Part shown: positions 21,347 to 24,564 of the stretch, one piece after another | Position numbering within the stretch: the first letter of the stretch is position 1 | Layout: every line of letters starts with the position of its first letter | IMG/VR virus record: IMGVR_UViG_2563366949_000003 | Length of the DNA: 24,564 nt | Reading direction: 5' to 3' (one strand) | Source: a virus | Taxonomy: Duplodnaviria; Heunggongvirae; Uroviricota; Caudoviricetes | Position numbers and translations under genes: made by a program | The notes under the pieces: model-generated | Seen by the model: the letters and a program-made list of their open reading frames with translations, nothing else | Databases searched by the model: none | Told to the model about the DNA's origin: nothing

Positions 21347-21700
21347 GTGGCTGATTTCGATAACCTGTTCGATGCTGCCATTGCCCGCGCCGATGAAACG
21401 ATACGCGGGTACATGGGAACGTCAGCCACCATGACATCCGGTGAGCAGTCCGGCGCTGTGATACGTGGTGTTTTTGATGACCCTGAAAATATCAGCTATG
21501 CCGGACAGGGCGTGCGCGTTGAAGGCTCCAGCCCGTCCCTGTTTGTCCGGACTGATGATGTGCGGCAACTGCGGCGTGGAGACACGCTGACCATCGGTGA
21601 GGAAAACTTCTGGATAGACCGGGTATCGCCGGATGATGGCGGAAGCTGTCATCTCTGGCTTGGGCGTGGCGTTCCGCCTGCCGTTAACCGTCGCCGTTGA
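21347..21700 (+). CDS. FII: Head completion protein FII
   Basis: GTG start; the 117-aa product MADFDNLFDAAIARADETIRGYMG... matches lambda gpFII. Confidence 0.95.
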   Translation: MADFDNLFDAAIARADETIRGYMGTSATMTSGEQSGAVIRGVFDDPENISYAGQGVRVEGSSPSLFVRTDDVRQLRRGDTLTIGEENFWIDRVSPDDGGSCHLWLGRGVPPAVNRRR

Positions 21701-21821
21701 AAGGGGGATGTATGGCCATAAAAGGTCTTGAGCAGGCCGTTGAAAGGGGGATGTATGGCCATACAGGGTCTTGAGCAGGCCGTTGAAAGGGGGATGTATG
21801 GCCATACAGGGTCTTGAGCAG
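21693..21821 (+). repeat. Tandem direct repeat, 3 x 43 bp (GCCGTTGAAAGGGGGATGTATGGCCATA[A/C]A[A/G]GGTCTTGAGCAG), spanning the FII stop and the Z start
   Basis: Units occupy 21693-21735, 21736-21778 and 21779-21821. Units 2 and 3 are identical and differ from unit 1 at two bases. Each unit contains AAGGGGGA followed by ATGGCC; lambda has one copy as recalled. Confidence 0.9.
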
Positions 21822-22376
21822 GCCGTTGAAAACCTCAGCCGTATCAGCAAAACGGCGGTTCCCGGTGCCGCCGCAATGGCCATTAACCGCGTTGCTTCAT
21901 CCGCGATATCGCAGTCGGCGTCACAGGTTGCCCGTGAGACAAAGGTACGCCGGAAACTGGTAAAGGAAAGGGCCAGGCTGAAAAGGGCCACGGTCAAAAA
22001 TCCGCAGGCCAGAATCAAAGTTAACCGGGGGGATTTGCCCGTAATCAGGCTGGGTAACGCGCGGGTTGTCCTGTCCCGACGCAGGCGTCGTAAAAAGGGG
22101 CAGCGTTCATCCCTGAAAGGTGGCGGCAGCGTGCTTGTGGTGGGAAACCGTCGTATTCCCGGCGCGTTTATTCAGCAACTGAAAAATGGCCGGTGGCATG
22201 TCATGCAGCGTGTGGCCGGGAAAAACCGTTACCCCATTGATGTGGTGAAAATCCCGATGGCGGTGCCGCTGACCACGGCGTTTAAACAGAATATTGAGCG
22301 GATACGGCGTGAACGTCTTCCGAAAGAGCTGGGCTATGCGCTGCAGCATCAACTGAGAATGGTAATAAAGCGATGA
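21798..22376 (+). CDS. Z: Tail completion protein Z
   Basis: The ATG at 21798 in the third repeat unit gives a 192-aa product (MAIQGLEQAVENLSRISKTAVPG...) matching lambda gpZ. The track's 21771 start is a TTG read-through. Confidence 0.9.
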   Translation: MAIQGLEQAVENLSRISKTAVPGAAAMAINRVASSAISQSASQVARETKVRRKLVKERARLKRATVKNPQARIKVNRGDLPVIRLGNARVVLSRRRRRKKGQRSSLKGGGSVLVVGNRRIPGAFIQQLKNGRWHVMQRVAGKNRYPIDVVKIPMAVPLTTAFKQNIERIRRERLPKELGYALQHQLRMVIKR

Positions 22377-22768
22377 AACATACTGAACTCCGTGCAGCCG
22401 TACTGGATGCACTGGAGAAGCATGACACCGGGGCGACGCTTTTTGATGGTCGCCCCGCTGTTTTTGATGAGGAAGATTTTCCGGCAATTGCCGTTTATCT
22501 CACCGGCGCTGAATACACGGGCGAAGAGCTGGACAGCGATACCTGGCAGGCGGAGCTGCATATTGAAGTTTTCCTGCCTGCTCAGGTGCCGGATTCAGAG
22601 CTGGATTCGTGGATGGAGTCCCGGATTTATCCGGTGATGAGCGATATCCCGGCACTGTCAGATTTGATCACCAGTATGGTGGCCAGTGGCTATGACTACC
22701 GGCGCGACGATGATGCGGGCCTGTGGAGTTCAGCCGATCTGACTTATGTCATTACCTATGAAATGTGA
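22373..22768 (+). CDS. U: Tail terminator protein U
   Basis: The 131-aa product matches lambda gpU; ATGA overlap with the Z stop. Confidence 0.95.
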   Translation: MKHTELRAAVLDALEKHDTGATLFDGRPAVFDEEDFPAIAVYLTGAEYTGEELDSDTWQAELHIEVFLPAQVPDSELDSWMESRIYPVMSDIPALSDLITSMVASGYDYRRDDDAGLWSSADLTYVITYEM

Positions 22769-22775
22769 GGACGCT

Positions 22776-23516
22776 ATGCCTGTACCAAATCCTGTAATGC
22801 CGGTGAAAGGTGCCGGGACCACCCTGTGGGTTTATAAGGGGAGCGGTGACCCTTATGCGAACCCGCTTTCAGACGTTGACTGGTCGCGTCTGGCAAAAGT
22901 TAAAGACCTGACGCCCGGCGAACTGACCGCTGAGTCCTATGACGACAGCTATCTCGATGATGAAGATGCGGACTGGACTGCGACCGGGCAGGGGCAGAAA
23001 TCAGCCGGAGATACCAGCTTCACGCTGGCGTGGATGCCCGGAGAGCAGGGGCAGCAGGCGCTGCTGGCGTGGTTTAATGAAGGTGATACCCGTGCCTATA
23101 AAATCCGCTTCCCGAACGGCACGGTCGATGTGTTCCGTGGCTGGGTCAGCAGCATCGGTAAGGCGGTGACGGCAAAGGAAGTGATCACCCGTACGGTGAA
23201 GGTCACCAATGTGGGTCGTCCGTCAATGGCAGAAGAACACAGTACGGTGACGGCGGCAACCGGTATGACCGTGACGCCAGCCAGCGCTTCCGTAGTGAAA
23301 GGGCAGAGCACCACGCTGACCGTGGCATTCCAGCCGGAAGGCGTAACCGACAAGAGCTTCCGTGCGGTGTCAGCGGATAAAACAAAAGCTACCGTGTCGG
23401 TCAGTGGTATGACCATCACCGTGAATGGCGTTGCTGCAGGTAAGGTCAACATTCCGGTCGTATCCGGTAATGGTGAGTTTGCTGCGGTTGCAGAAATTAC
23501 CGTCACCGCCAGTTAA
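22776..23516 (+). CDS. V: Major tail tube protein V
   Basis: GAGGA RBS precedes ATG 22776; the 246-aa product [22 protein letters not shown]... matches lambda gpV. Confidence 0.95.
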   Translation: MPVPNPVMPVKGAGTTLWVYKGSGDPYANPLSDVDWSRLAKVKDLTPGELTAESYDDSYLDDEDADWTATGQGQKSAGDTSFTLAWMPGEQGQQALLAWFNEGDTRAYKIRFPNGTVDVFRGWVSSIGKAVTAKEVITRTVKVTNVGRPSMAEEHSTVTAATGMTVTPASASVVKGQSTTLTVAFQPEGVTDKSFRAVSADKTKATVSVSGMTITVNGVAAGKVNIPVVSGNGEFAAVAEITVTAS

Positions 23517-23531
23517 TCCGGAGAGTCAGCG

Positions 23532-23954
23532 ATGTTCCTGAAAACCGAATCATTTGAACATAACGGTGTGACCGTCACGCTTTCTGAACTGTCAGCCCTG
23601 CAGCGCATTGAGCATCTCGCCCTGATGAAACGGCAGGCAGAACAGGCGGAGTCAGACAGCAACCGGAAGTTTACTGTGGAAGACGCCATCAGAACCGGCG
23701 CGTTTCTGGTGGCGATGTCCCTGTGGCATAACCATCCGCAGAAGACGCAGATGCCGTCCATGAATGAAGCCGTTAAACAGATTGAGCAGGAAGTGCTTAC
23801 CACCTGGCCCACGGAGGCAATTTCTCATGCTGAAAACGTGGTGTACCGGCTGTCTGGTATGTATGAGTTTGTGGTGAATAATGCCCCTGAACAGACAGAG
23901 GACGCCGGGCCCGCAGAGCCTGTTTCTGCGGGAAAGTGTTCGACGGTGAGCTGA
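23532..23954 (+). CDS. G: Tail assembly chaperone G
   Basis: The 140-aa product matches lambda gpG, with the slippery heptamer GGGAAAG at 23930-23936 near its 3' end. Confidence 0.95.
   Translation: MFLKTESFEHNGVTVTLSELSALQRIEHLALMKRQAEQAESDSNRKFTVEDAIRTGAFLVAMSLWHNHPQKTQMPSMNEAVKQIEQEVLTTWPTEAISHAENVVYRLSGMYEFVVNNAPEQTEDAGPAEPVSAGKCSTVS
23930..23936 (+). other. Programmed -1 ribosomal frameshift site (G GGA AAG) producing the G-T fusion
   Basis: The heptamer is in the G zero frame exactly where lambda frameshifts; the T frame opens at 23936. Confidence 0.85.
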
Positions 23955-24370
23955 GTTTTGCCCTGAAACTGGCGCGTGAGATGGGGCGACCCGACTGGCG
24001 TGCCATGCTTGCCGGGATGTCATCCACGGAGTATGCCGACTGGCACCGCTTTTACAGTACCCATTATTTTCATGATGTTCTGCTGGATATGCACTTTTCC
24101 GGGCTGACGTACACCGTGCTCAGCCTGTTTTTCAGCGATCCGGATATGCATCCGCTGGATTTCAGTCTGCTGAACCGGCGCGAGGCTGACGAAGAGCCTG
24201 AAGATGATGTGCTGATGCAGAAAGCGGCAGGGCTTGCCGGAGGTGTCCGCTTTGGCCCGGACGGGAATGAAGTTATCCCCGCTTCCCCGGATGTGGCGGA
24301 CATGACGGAGGATGACGTAATGCTGATGACAGTATCAGAAGGGATCGCAGGAGGAGTCCGGTATGGCTGA
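23936..24370 (+). CDS. T: Tail assembly protein T (expressed as G-T fusion via -1 frameshift)
   Basis: The 144-aa ORF in the -1 frame relative to G matches the lambda gpT portion. Confidence 0.9.
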   Translation: MFDGELSFALKLAREMGRPDWRAMLAGMSSTEYADWHRFYSTHYFHDVLLDMHFSGLTYTVLSLFFSDPDMHPLDFSLLNRREADEEPEDDVLMQKAAGLAGGVRFGPDGNEVIPASPDVADMTEDDVMLMTVSEGIAGGVRYG

Positions 24371-24564
24371 ACCGGTAGGCGATCTGGTCGTTGATTTGAG
24401 TCTGGATGCGGCCAGATTTGACGAGCAGATGGCCAGAGTCAGGCGTCATTTTTCCGGTACGGAAAGTGATGCGAAAAAAACAGCGGCAGTCGTTGAACAG
24501 TCGCTGAGCCGACAGGCGCTGGCTGCACAGAAAGCGGGGATTTCCGTCGGGCAGTATAAAGCCG
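24364..24564 (+). CDS. H: Tail tape-measure protein H, 5' end only (continues past window)
   Basis: ATG 24364 begins MAEPVGDLVVDLSLDAARFDEQMARVRRHFSG..., matching the lambda gpH N-terminus. The ORF is still open at base 24564. Confidence 0.9.

Noticed and set aside
21693-21821. Possible CRISPR array, given regular direct repeats
   Set aside because: The units are contiguous with no spacers and sit in coding sequence at the FII/Z junction. This is a tandem duplication, not CRISPR.

Overview
This window is the middle of a lambdoid prophage from an E. coli-like enterobacterial genome, read in the direction of late transcription. All identifications come from reading the translated ORFs and the DNA directly; no database search or folding was run.

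Layout:
- 1-4117: end of the early (nin-like) region. A PerC/ANR-like ORF that runs off the 5' edge, a phage Dam-type N6-adenine methyltransferase, RusA resolvase, a KilA-N (Roi-like) protein, a DUF968 (YdfU-like) protein and a QuuQ-type antiterminator Q.
- 4118-7713: a ~3.6 kb AT-rich accessory region between Q and the holin. The only confident genes are cspF and cspB; the rest are small unrecognised ORFs, hairpins and terminators.
- 7714-9834: a Qin-type lysis cassette (S21-type holin, DUF1327/YdfR-like ORF, lysozyme, nested Rz/Rz1 spanins), interrupted by a convergent minus-strand ORF.
- 9835-13541: cspI, an intact IS2 with 5-bp target duplication ATTTG, gnsB and small hypothetical ORFs.
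- 13741-24564: lambda-type cos followed by an essentially lambda-identical packaging/head/tail module (nu1, A, W, B, C/nu3, D, E, FI, FII, Z, U, V, G, G-T) and the 5' end of H.

Best candidates for something undescribed:
- A minus-strand ORF (8433-8693) with its own RBS and terminator, embedded antisense between holin and lysozyme.
- A 43-bp tandem triplication that copies the RBS and start codon of tail gene Z three times.
- The Q-to-holin island with an ElaB/DUF883-like tail-anchored ORF, two small zinc-ribbon ORFs and a pair of small charged ORFs.

No tRNA, rRNA, CRISPR array or toxin gene was found.
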